DNA of 64,000 nucleotides from Bacteroidales bacterium (GTDB lineage Bacteria; Bacteroidota; Bacteroidia; Bacteroidales; GCA-2748055). Made by a program: the position numbers and the translations under genes. The stretch spans positions 5,511 to 69,510 of the forward strand of contig JAOZUK010000008.1 in NCBI GenBank assembly GCA_029938715.1. The letters are read 5' to 3'. A model generated the notes under the pieces. The model was not told the DNA's origin. It saw nothing but the letters and a program-made list of their open reading frames with translations, and did not search any database. This document shows positions 36,584 to 46,809 of the stretch, piece after piece. Numbering within the stretch: the first letter of the stretch is position 1; the number at the start of each line of letters is the position of its first letter.

Positions 36584-38851
36584 ATGAGACTATTGCACAT
36601 TACCCTGACTGTTTCACTTTTTTTCCTCTCAATCCCCTATCTGTATGGACAACATACAGATGCAAACATTTTTGGGGATGTTCAGTGTGAAGGAGAACAT
36701 ATTCCATTTGCCACCATTTGCATTAAGGGAACGACCATTGGAACTGCTACAGATCCTACGGGGCATTATATGCTCATCGATCTTCCTGCGGGAACACATA
36801 TTGTTGTCGCAACCTCAATGGGTTATTCTACTGTGGAGAAAGAGATAACCATTGGCACTGATGAAGTGATGGAGGTGAATTTTGTGCTCGAAGAGGAGAC
36901 CATGTCCATAGATGAAGTAGTGGTTACGGGCACAAAGATCTTTAAAAGGCAAACTGATGCTGCGGTAATTGTAAATGTGATCGATAGCAAACTACTGACA
37001 CAAACCCAGTCGTGCAACATTTCTGAAGGACTCAAATTTCAACCCGGGCTCAGGGTGGAAACCGATTGTTAGACCTGTAACTACACACAGCTGCGAATGA
37101 ACGGTCTCGGTGGAGGCTATTCCCAGATCCTGATTAATGGACGGCCCGTATTCAGCCCGCTGACCGGTCTGTATGGAATGGAACAGATTCCTGCTAATAT
37201 GGTGGAGCGAATAGAAGTGGTTCGGGGAGGTGGTTCGGCTCTTTATGGGTCCAGTGCCATTGGAGGGACGGTCAATGTGATTACCAGGATTCCCAGGGAG
37301 AGTAGCTATGATGTGAATGTGACATCCCAGTTTATTAATGGGGGAACCATTGATAATATGCTTTCCGGAAATGTGAATATGGTGACTCATAAGCGCAACG
37401 CAGGAGCAGCTATTTTTGTGAATCGAAGGATGCGTCAGGCTTATGATCACAATGGTGACTATTTCTCCGAATTACCGGAATTGGCCAATAACTCCTTTGG
37501 AGCCAATATGTTTTTTAAACCCACCCATAATCAGAAGATTGAACTCAGTTTCAGCAGTCTGACCGAATACCGCTACGGGGGCGAGATGGTGAATGAACCT
37601 GCTCATATGGCCCTTCAATCGGAGGAGAGGACACACTATGTGTTGATGGGTGGATTGGATTACCAGATCAATTTCAATCAGGATAACAGCTCCTTTATAG
37701 CTTATCTGGCCGGACAGAAAACTACCCGTGATCATTATACGGGGATTATTCCTGATGCTCCTGAGGATATTGTGGCTCATCTGACAGATCCTCCTTATGG
37801 TTATACGTATAATCTTACAGCCCAGGCTGGAACTCAGGTGAATCACCGTATGAAAGATGTTCTGGATACCATTCGCGCTTATAATTATGCCGTGGTTCAA
37901 ACTACGGGAAATTTTGGTACTTTTTTGCAAAGCGACTGGGAAATCAGGAACGGACTCACTCTGCTGGCAGGACTAAGAGCCGATAAACACAACCTGGTAG
38001 ACAAGGTTATTTTTAGCCCCAGAGTCTCCGTTCTTTATAAACTGAAGACGTTCACTCAGTTTCGACTTACCTGGGGGACTGGTTTCAGGGCACCACAGTC
38101 ATTCGATGCAGACATGCACATAGCATTTGCAGGTGGAGGTGTATCCCGGATCTATCTCTCTGACGGTCTGGCGGAAGAGCGTTCAAGCAGCCTCAGTGGA
38201 TCAGTGAATTATGATAAGGCTACAGAAAAATTCATTGCTGGATTTACATTGGAAGGATTCTACACCAAGCTGAATAATGCGTTCTACCTTCATCCCGTGG
38301 GCCAGGATGAATATGGAAATGTATATGAGAAAAGGAATGGTTCGGGAGCAGCCGTTCAGGGAGGTACCATGGAATTGCGTGGAAACTTCAACAAAAAAAT
38401 GCAACTTGAAGCAGGTTTCACACTACAAACCAGCCTTTACGATGAACCGGTAGAGTATATTGAAGGAGAAGACCCCAGAAGGGAATTCCTCAGAACCCCC
38501 AACCATTATGGGTATCTGACATTTGCAGTTACGCCAGGTGACCGTTTTAATGCCTCTCTTAATGGAGTTTATACGGGTCCCATGGAACTGGTCCATTATG
38601 CCGGCGCACCGGAACAATCCATTGATGCCTATGTCACCTCCGACACTTTCTTTGAATTTGGAATTAAGCTTGGATACACATTTAAATTCGAGGTGCTGGA
38701 TTCGGGCCTTGAGCTTTTTGGAGGGGTGAAAAATCTGACCAATGCCTATCAGAATGACTTTGATACCGGAAAGAACCGTGACAGCGGATATATTTATGGC
38801 CCAGCGATGCCCCGCACCTACTTCATTGGTTTGAGGTTGTATTCCTTTTAA
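36584..38851 (+). pseudogene. TonB-dependent receptor (CarboxypepD_reg + plug + barrel) interrupted by one in-frame TAG at 37070-37072
   Basis: ORFs 36584..37072 and 37097..38851 are in the same frame. Read through, the sequence is ...[36 protein letters not shown], a contiguous plug-domain motif. The protein ends in a barrel-terminal F. Confidence 0.8.
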
Positions 38852-38922
38852 CTGAGTATGATGATTGCCACGCTTCGGTTCCTTGCAGTTATGCTGTGAG
38901 GAGAATCAATTCCTTGTAAATC

Positions 38923-38953
38923 TTTGCATATTATCTGATTAATGCTACCTTTG
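38923..38953 (+). promoter_or_regulatory. Bacteroidota-type promoter of rpsP-rimM (-33 TTTG, -7 TACCTTTG)
   Basis: TTTG at 38923-38926 and TAnnTTTG at 38946-38953, with 19-nt spacing, 45 nt upstream of the rpsP ATG. Confidence 0.5.
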
Positions 38954-38998
38954 CGACGCTAAAATTATAGGTATTAATTAAGTTAAATGTAAAAGAGT

Positions 38999-39874
38999 AT
39001 GCCAGCAAAAATCAGATTACAAAGACAGGGTCGCAAATTTCAGGCGATCTACTCTATTGTAGTTGCTGATAGCAGGGCGCCACGTGATGGTAAATTTATT
39101 GAATCATTGGGACAGTATAATCCCAATACCAATCCTGCTACCATTGTTTTGGATTTCAACAAAGCCTTAGAATGGCTGCAGAAGGGCGCTCAACCTACAG
39201 ATACCTGTAGAGCTATCTTATCCTACAAAGGAGTATTGTACAAGAAACACCTTCTTGATGGTGTGAAAAAAGGAGCTTTTGACGAAGCTGAAGCTGAAAA
39301 GCGTTTCCAGTCATGGATGACTGAAAAGGAACAGAACATTCAGGCTAAGAAAGATCAAATCGAGTCTTCCAAGAATCAGGTTGATAAGGACCGTTTTGAT
39401 AAGGAATCAAAAATCAAGGAAGCCAGGGCAATGGAGATTGCAAAGAGAAGGTCAGAGCTTTTAGCAGCTGAAGAAGCAGCCAATGCTCCAGCCGAAGAAC
39501 CTGTAGCTGAGGAGCCCAAAGCCGAGGAGCCTAAAGCTGAGGAACCAAAAGAGGAACCCAAAGCCGAGGAGCCTAAAGCCGAGGAGCCTAAAGAGGAGCC
39601 TAAAGCCGAGGAACCAAAAGAGGAGCCCAAAGCTGAGGAACCAAAAGAGGAGCCCAAAGCCGAGGAGCCTAAAGAGGAGCCTAAAGCCGAGGAGCCTAAA
39701 GAGGAACCCAAAGCTGAGGAGCCCAAAGCTGAGGAATCTAAAGAGGAGCCCAAAGCTGAGGAACCAAAAGAGGAGCCCAAAGCTGAGGAACCCAAAGAGG
39801 AGCCCAAAGCCGAGGAGCCTAAAGCCGAGGAGCCCAAAGCCGAGGAACCTAAAGAGGAGAAGAAAGAAGATTAA
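38999..39874 (+). CDS. rpsP: 30S ribosomal protein S16 with a long C-terminal K/A/E/P repeat tail
   Basis: The N-terminal 80 aa are canonical S16 ([42 protein letters not shown]). The tail is about 120 aa of (A)EEPK repeats. Confidence 0.9.
   Translation: MPAKIRLQRQGRKFQAIYSIVVADSRAPRDGKFIESLGQYNPNTNPATIVLDFNKALEWLQKGAQPTDTCRAILSYKGVLYKKHLLDGVKKGAFDEAEAEKRFQSWMTEKEQNIQAKKDQIESSKNQVDKDRFDKESKIKEARAMEIAKRRSELLAAEEAANAPAEEPVAEEPKAEEPKAEEPKEEPKAEEPKAEEPKEEPKAEEPKEEPKAEEPKEEPKAEEPKEEPKAEEPKEEPKAEEPKAEESKEEPKAEEPKEEPKAEEPKEEPKAEEPKAEEPKAEEPKEEKKED
39491..39853 (+). repeat. in-frame tandem repeat, 12/15-nt units (GAGGARCCHAAA[GCY]) encoding EEPK/EEPKA
   Basis: Direct reading shows about 25 consecutive units with synonymous wobble variation. 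Confidence 0.9.
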
Positions 39875-39885
39875 ATCAATCTAAA

Positions 39886-40401
39886 ATGTGGGTTCCAGGA
39901 GGAGCAAAGGCCGGGAATATTTCCAAGCCCAAAGGACTTCAGGGAAAGGTGAATTTGATTCTCTGCCCTGAAGCCGGAAAACACATTGAAACTGATAACC
40001 CGTTGTTCATCAATTTGGATGGGCAGCGGGTTCCCTTTTTTGTGGAGGAGTATGATCAGCTCACCGCCGATATGGCAGTTATAAAATTTGAGTTTATTGA
40101 AGATTTAGAAGCAGCCCGTAAATTGACAGGCTGTGAAGTATATCTGGATTCCACCCAGGAGTATCCATTAGAGAAGAGCTCTGATTATGCGACCCTTATT
40201 GGCTATCAGGCAAATGATCAGAAATTGGGTTATCTGGGTCCTGTAACTGATTACATTGATCATAAAATGAATCCGGTTTTTTTGATCGATTACAATGGAG
40301 ATGAACTGATAGTTCCAGCTGTTGACCAGATCATCGATCAAATAGACCACAAAGGAAAAGCCATCCACTTTGTTCTGCCGGAAGGACTTACTTCACTGTA
40401 A
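39886..40401 (+). CDS. rimM: ribosome maturation factor RimM
   Basis: Follows rpsP by 12 nt, which is conserved synteny. Has a GLQGKV beta-barrel motif and a PRC-barrel C-terminus (LIVPAVDQII..IDHKGKAIHFVLPEGL). Confidence 0.8.
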   Translation: MWVPGGAKAGNISKPKGLQGKVNLILCPEAGKHIETDNPLFINLDGQRVPFFVEEYDQLTADMAVIKFEFIEDLEAARKLTGCEVYLDSTQEYPLEKSSDYATLIGYQANDQKLGYLGPVTDYIDHKMNPVFLIDYNGDELIVPAVDQIIDQIDHKGKAIHFVLPEGLTSL

Positions 40402-40459
40402 CATTCTTTTTTTGTTTTCGTCTTTGGGTTGAACATTAAATAAACTAAAGAGAATTAAT

Positions 40460-41158
40460 ATGAAAAGAGTTATTTTTCCCCTCGCCGGAATAGTTACAAT
40501 GTTATTGGTTACCAGTTTTACCTTCCCGGATAGAGCCGCTGAGGATGTCCGTCAGCTGGAATCATTTATGGGTATAGGTATAAGCATAAGTGCAGATGTT
40601 TATTATACAACAGGGAATAGCCATGAGATAAGGATAGAAGGAAAGGAGAAGGATGTAAGTGATCTAATTACCGAAGTAAGAAATGGCTTTCTCCAGGTGA
40701 AATATGAAAATTGGAAAGTAAGTCGATCCAAATTAACCATCTACATTACATCGAAGGAACTTGAAGCTGTAAAGATGTCCGGATCGGGCCATTTCATGGC
40801 AGAGGAGCCCCTCTCTACCGGGGAGATGGAGCTGGCCATGTCGGGTAGTGGTGGAATCACCCTTACCCAGTTGAAGACAGAGGAAGTGGATGTGAAACTC
40901 TCAGGTTCAGGGAATATTTCGCTGAATAGCGGTAGTGCCGAAGAGATGGATGTTAAGCTAAGCGGATCGGGAAAAGTGAATGCAGAGCAATTTGAAGTGT
41001 CCGAATTCTCGGCGGCCATTAGTGGATCGGGAAGTATAAAGATCGACTGCAAAGAGGAGCTTGATGTAAAAATTTCGGGAAGTGGAAAAGTTTACTACCA
41101 TGGTAATCCCAGAGTCAATAGTGTCTCTTCAGGCTCTGGCAAGGTAGTCTCATTTTAA
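40460..41158 (+). CDS. DUF2807 / head GIN-domain (putative adhesin-head) protein
   Basis: Signal peptide and repeated SGSG(x)I/V beta-helix rungs (MSGSGHF, MSGSGGI, LSGSGNI, LSGSGKV, ISGSGSI, ISGSGKV). Confidence 0.65.
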   Translation: MKRVIFPLAGIVTMLLVTSFTFPDRAAEDVRQLESFMGIGISISADVYYTTGNSHEIRIEGKEKDVSDLITEVRNGFLQVKYENWKVSRSKLTIYITSKELEAVKMSGSGHFMAEEPLSTGEMELAMSGSGGITLTQLKTEEVDVKLSGSGNISLNSGSAEEMDVKLSGSGKVNAEQFEVSEFSAAISGSGSIKIDCKEELDVKISGSGKVYYHGNPRVNSVSSGSGKVVSF

Positions 41159-41228
41159 AAATACGGAGCGCCCCATCCTCAAGGAGGAAGGGGATTACAG
41201 GAGCGGTTGTTTATGGCAACCACCTGCG

Positions 41229-41260
41229 GGCTGTCTGTTCATTCAGGCAGCCTGTTTTTT
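41229..41260 (+). terminator. intrinsic terminator
   Basis: GGCTGTCTG / CAGGCAGCC 9-bp stem (one G-U), loop TTCATT, then TGTTTTTT. Confidence 0.6.
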
Positions 41261-41389
41261 ATCCTCCAGAGGGATATGCAAACATCGCTTAAATCTTTCG
41301 CAAGCAAAAGATTGTAGGCTCTTTATTGCACACCCCTCTGACGATTGATTAAAAAAGGGTGTACTGAATGGTGTGGAGTAGAAAGGGAG

Positions 41390-41953
41390 TTAAGGACGAA
41401 GCACAATGATGTTACCCTGTTTGCTGAGTTTAATAATGGCCGATGGGGTGGTGGGTTCAAACTCATCCTGGCGCCACTGTACCACATAATCCACTTTCTC
41501 AAGGATCTCTTTTTCAATTTGGCTGAAAAGAGCCGGGGACAATGCTCCGGAGATATTTGCAGAGGTAGATACAATGGGTTTGCCGGTTCGTTCAATCAGT
41601 TGCTGACAGAATGGATCTGTTGTAATGCGTATACCAACCGAACCATCATCGCCCAGTAAATTTGATGCAAGGTTTTTGGCTCCCGGATAGATAATTGTTG
41701 TAGGCTTTCTTGCTGAATCAAGAATTTCTTTAGCCTGTTCTGGCACCCTTTCCAGGTAGGATTCAAGCATGGATAAGCCATTTACCAGAACCAGCATGCT
41801 TTTACTATCGGAGCGTTGTTTGATCTTAAAAATTCTTTCAACTGAGTCGGGGATTGTTGCATCACACCCTATGCCCCAGATGGTATCGGTGGGATAAATT
41901 ATTATACCTCCGGAATCGATATAATCTTTAGATTTAAGGACTTCTTCAATCAT
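41390..41953 (-). CDS. tsaC: L-threonylcarbamoyladenylate synthase (YrdC/TsaC type)
   Basis: 187 aa with the YrdC motif IIIYPTDTIWGIGCDA and STSANISG. Confidence 0.85.
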   Translation of the reverse strand: MIEEVLKSKDYIDSGGIIIYPTDTIWGIGCDATIPDSVERIFKIKQRSDSKSMLVLVNGLSMLESYLERVPEQAKEILDSARKPTTIIYPGAKNLASNLLGDDGSVGIRITTDPFCQQLIERTGKPIVSTSANISGALSPALFSQIEKEILEKVDYVVQWRQDEFEPTTPSAIIKLSKQGNIIVLRP

Positions 41954-43070
41954 TTTTCATGCATTCAAGGTATACATTGTAGAGTGTGGGAATGGTCTGT
42001 TCTTCCCTGAATTTTAACGCATGTGCGCCTCCTTCACGGATAAGGCGATCTCTTAAAGCCGTATCCTCCAACACCTGCTTGATGGCATCAATCATCTCAT
42101 CGCGATTGGAGGGATCAATCAATATCCCTCCTTTACCTGCAGTCTCTTCAAGACACCCCCCTGAAGAGGTGATCACAGGTATGCCCGAATTAAGCGCCTC
42201 AAGAATGGGAATCCCGAATCCTTCATAGGATGATGGATAGATAAAACCCCTTGAACCCTGGTATATGGAGGGTAGATCAGAGACCTGTACCTGGTCGAGG
42301 AAATGGATATTCTTCAAACCGTGTTTTTCAATAAAGCTTTTAACCTGATTGAAATAGGAGGTCTTACGTCCAACCACCACCAGGGGAAAATCGATTTTCC
42401 CATAATGAAGTGCCTCTGCTATCCTGAGCAGATTCTTACGCTCCTCAATGGTGCCCACATAAAGCAAATATTCAGATGGAAGCGCAAATCGTTGACTGGT
42501 AGATTGAAATTTTTCTTCACTTACCCTGTGGTAGAATTGCCTGTTGCAACCCTGGTAGACCACGCTGATCCTCGATTCCTCCACATTCAGAAATCGGACA
42601 ATATCCTGTTTGGTCTGCTCACTTACCGCAATAATCCTGGAGGCCACATCCGCCGCATACTGGACCTTCTTCTTGTATATATACCTGTCAAAAGGTTTAT
42701 AAAGTTCAGGATGTTGCAGGAATATTAGATCATGTATGGTGAGAATGGATTTAATTTTGCTCTTGTGTATCCCAAATGGCAATTCGTTACTTAGTCCGTG
42801 ATAAATATCTACAGCGTCTTTTCCCAGCTGGTGACTCAGCCTGAAACTACGCCAATAGGAACTGGTATTCCGGCCTAAACGTGAATAGGGCTGTTTGATC
42901 AGGGTACCATCCGGCACCTGAAAGAGATCCTCGTCAGCAATGGAAGGAGTATATAGCAGACATTCATTCTCAGGATAGAACCTGCAAATATTGGAAATAA
43001 TATACCTGCTATAGTTGCCAAGCCCGCTATAGTTGTTAAAGGCTCGTTTGGCATCAAATCCAATCCTCAT
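41946..43070 (-). CDS. GT4-family glycosyltransferase
   Basis: 374 aa with the C-terminal EGFGIPILEA (E-x7-E) motif. Confidence 0.85.
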   Translation of the reverse strand: MRIGFDAKRAFNNYSGLGNYSRYIISNICRFYPENECLLYTPSIADEDLFQVPDGTLIKQPYSRLGRNTSSYWRSFRLSHQLGKDAVDIYHGLSNELPFGIHKSKIKSILTIHDLIFLQHPELYKPFDRYIYKKKVQYAADVASRIIAVSEQTKQDIVRFLNVEESRISVVYQGCNRQFYHRVSEEKFQSTSQRFALPSEYLLYVGTIEERKNLLRIAEALHYGKIDFPLVVVGRKTSYFNQVKSFIEKHGLKNIHFLDQVQVSDLPSIYQGSRGFIYPSSYEGFGIPILEALNSGIPVITSSGGCLEETAGKGGILIDPSNRDEMIDAIKQVLEDTALRDRLIREGGAHALKFREEQTIPTLYNVYLECMKND

Positions 43071-43882
43071 TAGACGGCCACATTGTATTCTCTGAGTGCA
43101 TCATTCAGAGAGGTTTTAAGATCGGTGGAGGGTTTTCTCCGGCCAATGATCAATGCGCAGGGTACCTGGTATTTCCCGGCGTTAAATGATTTTGTATATG
43201 AACCCGGTATCACTACAGAACGCGCGGGTACCACACCCTTCATTTCCAGAGGTTCAGTTCCTGTTACATCAATAATTCTTGTGGAGGTGGTAATGACCAC
43301 ATTAGCCCCTAAAACCGCTTCAGATTCGACCCTGACGCCTTCCACTACGATGCTTCGCGAACCTATAAAACAGTTGTCTTCGATGATAACTGGTGCTGCC
43401 TGAACAGGTTCCAGTACACCACCGATACCTACTCCACCACTCAGGTGTACATTTTTACCTATCTGAGCGCAAGAGCCTACAGTTGCCCATGTATCAACCA
43501 TGGTACCTTCATCAACATAGGCACCTATGTTGATATAGGAAGGCATCATAATTACACCTCTGGAGATGTATGCGCCGTACCTGGCAACAGCATGGGGAAC
43601 CACTCGAATCCCTTTTTCTTTGTAACCACTTTTCAGAGGGATCTTGTCATGAAACTCAAAGGGAGGCACTTCAATAGCTTCCATTTGCCTGATTGGGAAA
43701 TAGAGAATAACAGCCTTCTTAATCCAGTCGTTAACAATCCATATATCTTTCTTCTTTTCAGCAACGCGAAGCAGTCCCCTGTCCAGTTGTTCAATCACCT
43801 CATTAATGGCATTTTTTACTCTCTCTTGTTTTAATAAGGAGCGATCGCTCCAGGCTGCTTCTATCGTATCTCTCAGCTTCAT
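43070..43882 (-). CDS. dapD: 2,3,4,5-tetrahydropyridine-2,6-dicarboxylate N-succinyltransferase
   Basis: 270 aa with a left-handed beta-helix hexapeptide region and a family-typical N-terminal helical domain. Confidence 0.85.
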   Translation of the reverse strand: MKLRDTIEAAWSDRSLLKQERVKNAINEVIEQLDRGLLRVAEKKKDIWIVNDWIKKAVILYFPIRQMEAIEVPPFEFHDKIPLKSGYKEKGIRVVPHAVARYGAYISRGVIMMPSYINIGAYVDEGTMVDTWATVGSCAQIGKNVHLSGGVGIGGVLEPVQAAPVIIEDNCFIGSRSIVVEGVRVESEAVLGANVVITTSTRIIDVTGTEPLEMKGVVPARSVVIPGSYTKSFNAGKYQVPCALIIGRRKPSTDLKTSLNDALREYNVAV

Positions 43883-44712
43883 GTAATTGATTTATATTTT
43901 TTTCCAAAAGTAATAACTTTAATGAGTCGGGCTGCCAGGTACATAACCACTAAAGTGAATATGATGGTTGCACCGGAAGGGATATCCAAAAAATAGGAAA
44001 TAAAAAGTCCCAAAAGTGATGCAAAAAATCCCAGAATTATCGAACCAATCATAATTTTGTCGAATCGGTTGGTAAACAGGTTGATGATATTCTGAGGAAT
44101 GGTTAATACAGAAAGAACCAGGATGATTCCGGCTGTACGAATGCTTAAAACTATGGTGAGAGCTACCAGGACGATAATGAGGTAATTCAGAAGCATAACA
44201 GGGATCCCTCTGATCCTGGCAAACTGTTCATCGAAAGCTACATACAAGATAGGTTTGTAGAGAAAAATAAAAACTAATGACACCACAACAGCCAGGCCAA
44301 ACATAAGCCAGAGATCTGTTTGAGTTACGGTGATTATGCTTCCAAAAAGAAAACTCATCAGGTTAGGTGCATACCCGGGAGTTAGATAGATAAAGATGAT
44401 ACCTAGAGCCATTCCCAGAGACCAGAGGATGGCAATGATGGAATCGTTTCGAAGAATCTTTCTTCGCGTAAGATTTTCGGTGGTTAGGGCCGCCAATACA
44501 GCAAAAAGTGCAGCTCCTGCCAGAGGCGAAAAGCCAAAAAAGAATCCGATGCCCACCCCTCCAAATGATGCATGCGTAATGCCGCCACTGATAAAAACCA
44601 TTCGTCTGGCTACAATGTAAGTACCGGTAATACCGCAGGCAACAGACATAAAAAGGGCTGCCAGGATTGCATGCTGGATAAATGAATAACTAAGCAGATT
44701 TGTAGTATCCAT
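43879..44712 (-). CDS. znuB: metal (Zn/Mn) ABC transporter permease
   Basis: 277 aa, about 8 TM, ABC-3 family appearance. Overlaps dapD by 4 nt. Confidence 0.75.
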   Translation of the reverse strand: MDTTNLLSYSFIQHAILAALFMSVACGITGTYIVARRMVFISGGITHASFGGVGIGFFFGFSPLAGAALFAVLAALTTENLTRRKILRNDSIIAILWSLGMALGIIFIYLTPGYAPNLMSFLFGSIITVTQTDLWLMFGLAVVVSLVFIFLYKPILYVAFDEQFARIRGIPVMLLNYLIIVLVALTIVLSIRTAGIILVLSVLTIPQNIINLFTNRFDKIMIGSIILGFFASLLGLFISYFLDIPSGATIIFTLVVMYLAARLIKVITFGKKYKSIT

Positions 44713-44716
44713 GACT

Positions 44717-45463
44717 TCAGTGGTTGTGTTCCTTCATGACCCTGTGTGGTATGGTGCCGTGCGATATAATCTCAATTGGGCAGTTATAGACCTTAAGCTG
44801 CTCTACACTTATCTCATTGGATGAATGGTAATGAAGGTTTCTGTTTACACATGCAATTGTTTTTATATAGGGTGATATGGTACCAATATCGTGAGAAACA
44901 AGGAGGATAGCCATGTATTCATTTAAATCCTTCAGCAGCGTGTAGAGTTCCATTTCAAATCTATTATCCACATGGCTGTCCGGTTCATCCAGAACCAATA
45001 ACCTGGGATTGGAAATAATGGCCCTTGCCAGCATGGCCCGCTGGAATTCACCCCCTGAAAGTTCACCTATAGACCGCTTCGATAAGGAGGTCAGTCCCAC
45101 TCTTTCAAGTATTTCACGCACTTTTCTACTTTCATTTTTCCGCAGACCCCTGCCAAAAGTCAATCCGTGCTCTAGCCCTGAGGCAACCACTTCCCTCACC
45201 GTTATTGGGAAACTTTCATCCACAAGGTTGCCCTGAGGGAGGTATCCAATGTCTGACCTCTCAATGGTATAGTTAACACTTCCTCGTTGAGGTTTAAGCA
45301 ATCCAAGAATGAGTTTTATAAGGGTCGTTTTTCCTCCTCCGTTGGGGCCAATAATTCCAATGTAATCACGATCATAGACAGTGAGTGATATATTGGTGAG
45401 CACGCTTTGCTGTTCATAGGCAAAGTCCAGGTCCTCTACTTTTAGGAGTGGTTGGTTAATCAT
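44717..45463 (-). CDS. znuC: metal ABC transporter ATP-binding protein
   Basis: Walker A GPNGGGKTT, signature LSGGEFQRAMLAR, Walker B LLVLDEPD. Confidence 0.8.
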   Translation of the reverse strand: MINQPLLKVEDLDFAYEQQSVLTNISLTVYDRDYIGIIGPNGGGKTTLIKLILGLLKPQRGSVNYTIERSDIGYLPQGNLVDESFPITVREVVASGLEHGLTFGRGLRKNESRKVREILERVGLTSLSKRSIGELSGGEFQRAMLARAIISNPRLLVLDEPDSHVDNRFEMELYTLLKDLNEYMAILLVSHDIGTISPYIKTIACVNRNLHYHSSNEISVEQLKVYNCPIEIISHGTIPHRVMKEHNH

Positions 45464-46341
45464 AATGAGCGATTAAATTGCTTTGCAATATATAGCATTT
45501 GTTTATCCCACTCTTCGTCCAGTGGATCAAAAGGAATTATTTCTGCATTAATTTCGGCGGCCAGAATCTCAGCATTTCTTCTGTCGAACTGAGTTTGAAT
45601 AAAAATAGAGTTTATGTTTTTCTCACGACCCAGGTCAATAATCTTTTTTAAATGTGCCGGAGAGGGTGTTTTTCCTTCAATTTCCAATGCATATTGATAA
45701 AGCCCATAGTCTCTGGCAAAATAGGTAAGTGCGGGATGGTAAATGAGAAAGCTTCTCTGGTTTAGCTCTTTTAAACCGTTTGAGAAGAGGAGGTGCAATG
45801 AATCTAATTCTTCCTCAAGTTTCATGTATCTTATTTTCAAAAAATCCTTCTTATGGGGAAGCAAAAGGATCAACTCTTGATAAATGTTTTCTGCAATGAT
45901 TTTGGCATTGACTGCCGACATCCAGATGTGCGGGTCGACTCCTCCATGGGCATGGCCATGATGCTTCTCTTGGGTATTGCTCTCTTGGAGGATCGTTTCA
46001 ATACCGGAAGAAAGATCAATGATTTTCATATCCGGATTTACAGACAGGATCCGATCCATCCAGCTCAATTCAAATCCAATGTAGCCTATTTTCATGTATA
46101 CATTTGATTGAACCAGTTTTGTGAGCTGTGTGAGGGTGGGTTCGTAGGTGGCAGGACTGGCTCCGGGAGGGATCAGGACATTGATATCAACGTTATCGCC
46201 AGCAAGCTTTTCTATAAAATATTTCTGCGGCAGAATGCTTACACTGATTATGGTCTTTTTGTTGAGTGCTTCCCCCGGGTGGCATGAGTTTGTAGTGATT
46301 GTTGTGAGGGCTATGAGCATATATAGTGCACTTCTGATCAT
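45460..46341 (-). CDS. znuA: metal ABC transporter substrate-binding protein with a His-rich loop
   Basis: Cluster-9 SBP layout. The QEKHHGHAHGGVDPHIW loop suggests zinc. Confidence 0.75.
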   Translation of the reverse strand: MIRSALYMLIALTTITTNSCHPGEALNKKTIISVSILPQKYFIEKLAGDNVDINVLIPPGASPATYEPTLTQLTKLVQSNVYMKIGYIGFELSWMDRILSVNPDMKIIDLSSGIETILQESNTQEKHHGHAHGGVDPHIWMSAVNAKIIAENIYQELILLLPHKKDFLKIRYMKLEEELDSLHLLFSNGLKELNQRSFLIYHPALTYFARDYGLYQYALEIEGKTPSPAHLKKIIDLGREKNINSIFIQTQFDRRNAEILAAEINAEIIPFDPLDEEWDKQMLYIAKQFNRSL

Positions 46342-46661
46342 TTCTTTCCTGGTTTAAGAATTTTGTAAAGTGGGGTTCCCCTGGGAGGAACCGGATCATG
46401 ACCGTGACCGCCCCAAGGATGACAACTCAGTATCCTTTTTGTTCCCATTATCAATCCTTTAATCGGACCGTGAATTTTCAGGGACTCCAGGGCATATGCT
46501 GAGCAGGAGGGATAGTATCTGCACGTTCTGGGGAGAGCAGGAGAAATGATCCACTGATATATTTTTATTGGGATAGTTAAAAGGGTAACCAGTACCCACC
46601 TGATCCACCTGACCAGAAAAAAACTGTTAACTCGATCCCATATACCACCAGTCTTGTCCAT
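46338..46661 (-). CDS. yidD: membrane protein insertion efficiency factor YidD
   Basis: YQWIISPALPRTCRYYPSCSAYA motif. The start is uncertain. Confidence 0.8.
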   Translation of the reverse strand: MDKTGGIWDRVNSFFLVRWIRWVLVTLLTIPIKIYQWIISPALPRTCRYYPSCSAYALESLKIHGPIKGLIMGTKRILSCHPWGGHGHDPVPPRGTPLYKILKPGKK

Positions 46662-46745
46662 ATGCACCTGAAATTGAAGCAAAATTAGCAATAAAAGCAG
46701 ACTAATTTAGACCATTTCTTAAAAGGATATAATATCAATTTTGTG

Positions 46746-46753
46746 TAATTTTG
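46746..46753 (+). promoter_or_regulatory. candidate -7 box (TAATTTTG) upstream of the pfk pair
   Basis: TAnnTTTG match 57 nt upstream of the ATG at 46810. Confidence 0.3.
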
Positions 46754-46809
46754 CCGTTTATTTTTACGATTACGATAAATACAAGTACATTTTTAATAAA
46801 TCTATTATT

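Noticed and set aside
37070-37072. Genome-wide TAG reassignment or pyrrolysine-type recoding as the explanation for the in-frame TAG
   Set aside because: TAG is used as an ordinary terminator elsewhere in the window, for example by fumC at 322-324. No other gene is interrupted and no pyl-like genes are seen. A point mutation or a sequencing error is more parsimonious.
36992-37930. Two 152-aa minus-strand ORFs inside the TonB-dependent receptor
   Set aside because: They are antisense to a well-supported receptor sequence and have no motifs. I treat them as shadow ORFs.
39376-39837. 153-aa Gly/Ser/Ala/Leu-repeat ORF on the minus strand
   Set aside because: It is the antisense reading of the EEPK repeat in rpsP. 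It stays open only because the repeat lacks stop codons in that frame.
39491-39853. CRISPR-like regular repeats
   Set aside because: The units are 12-15 nt, contiguous with no spacers, in frame and inside rpsP. This is a coding tandem repeat.
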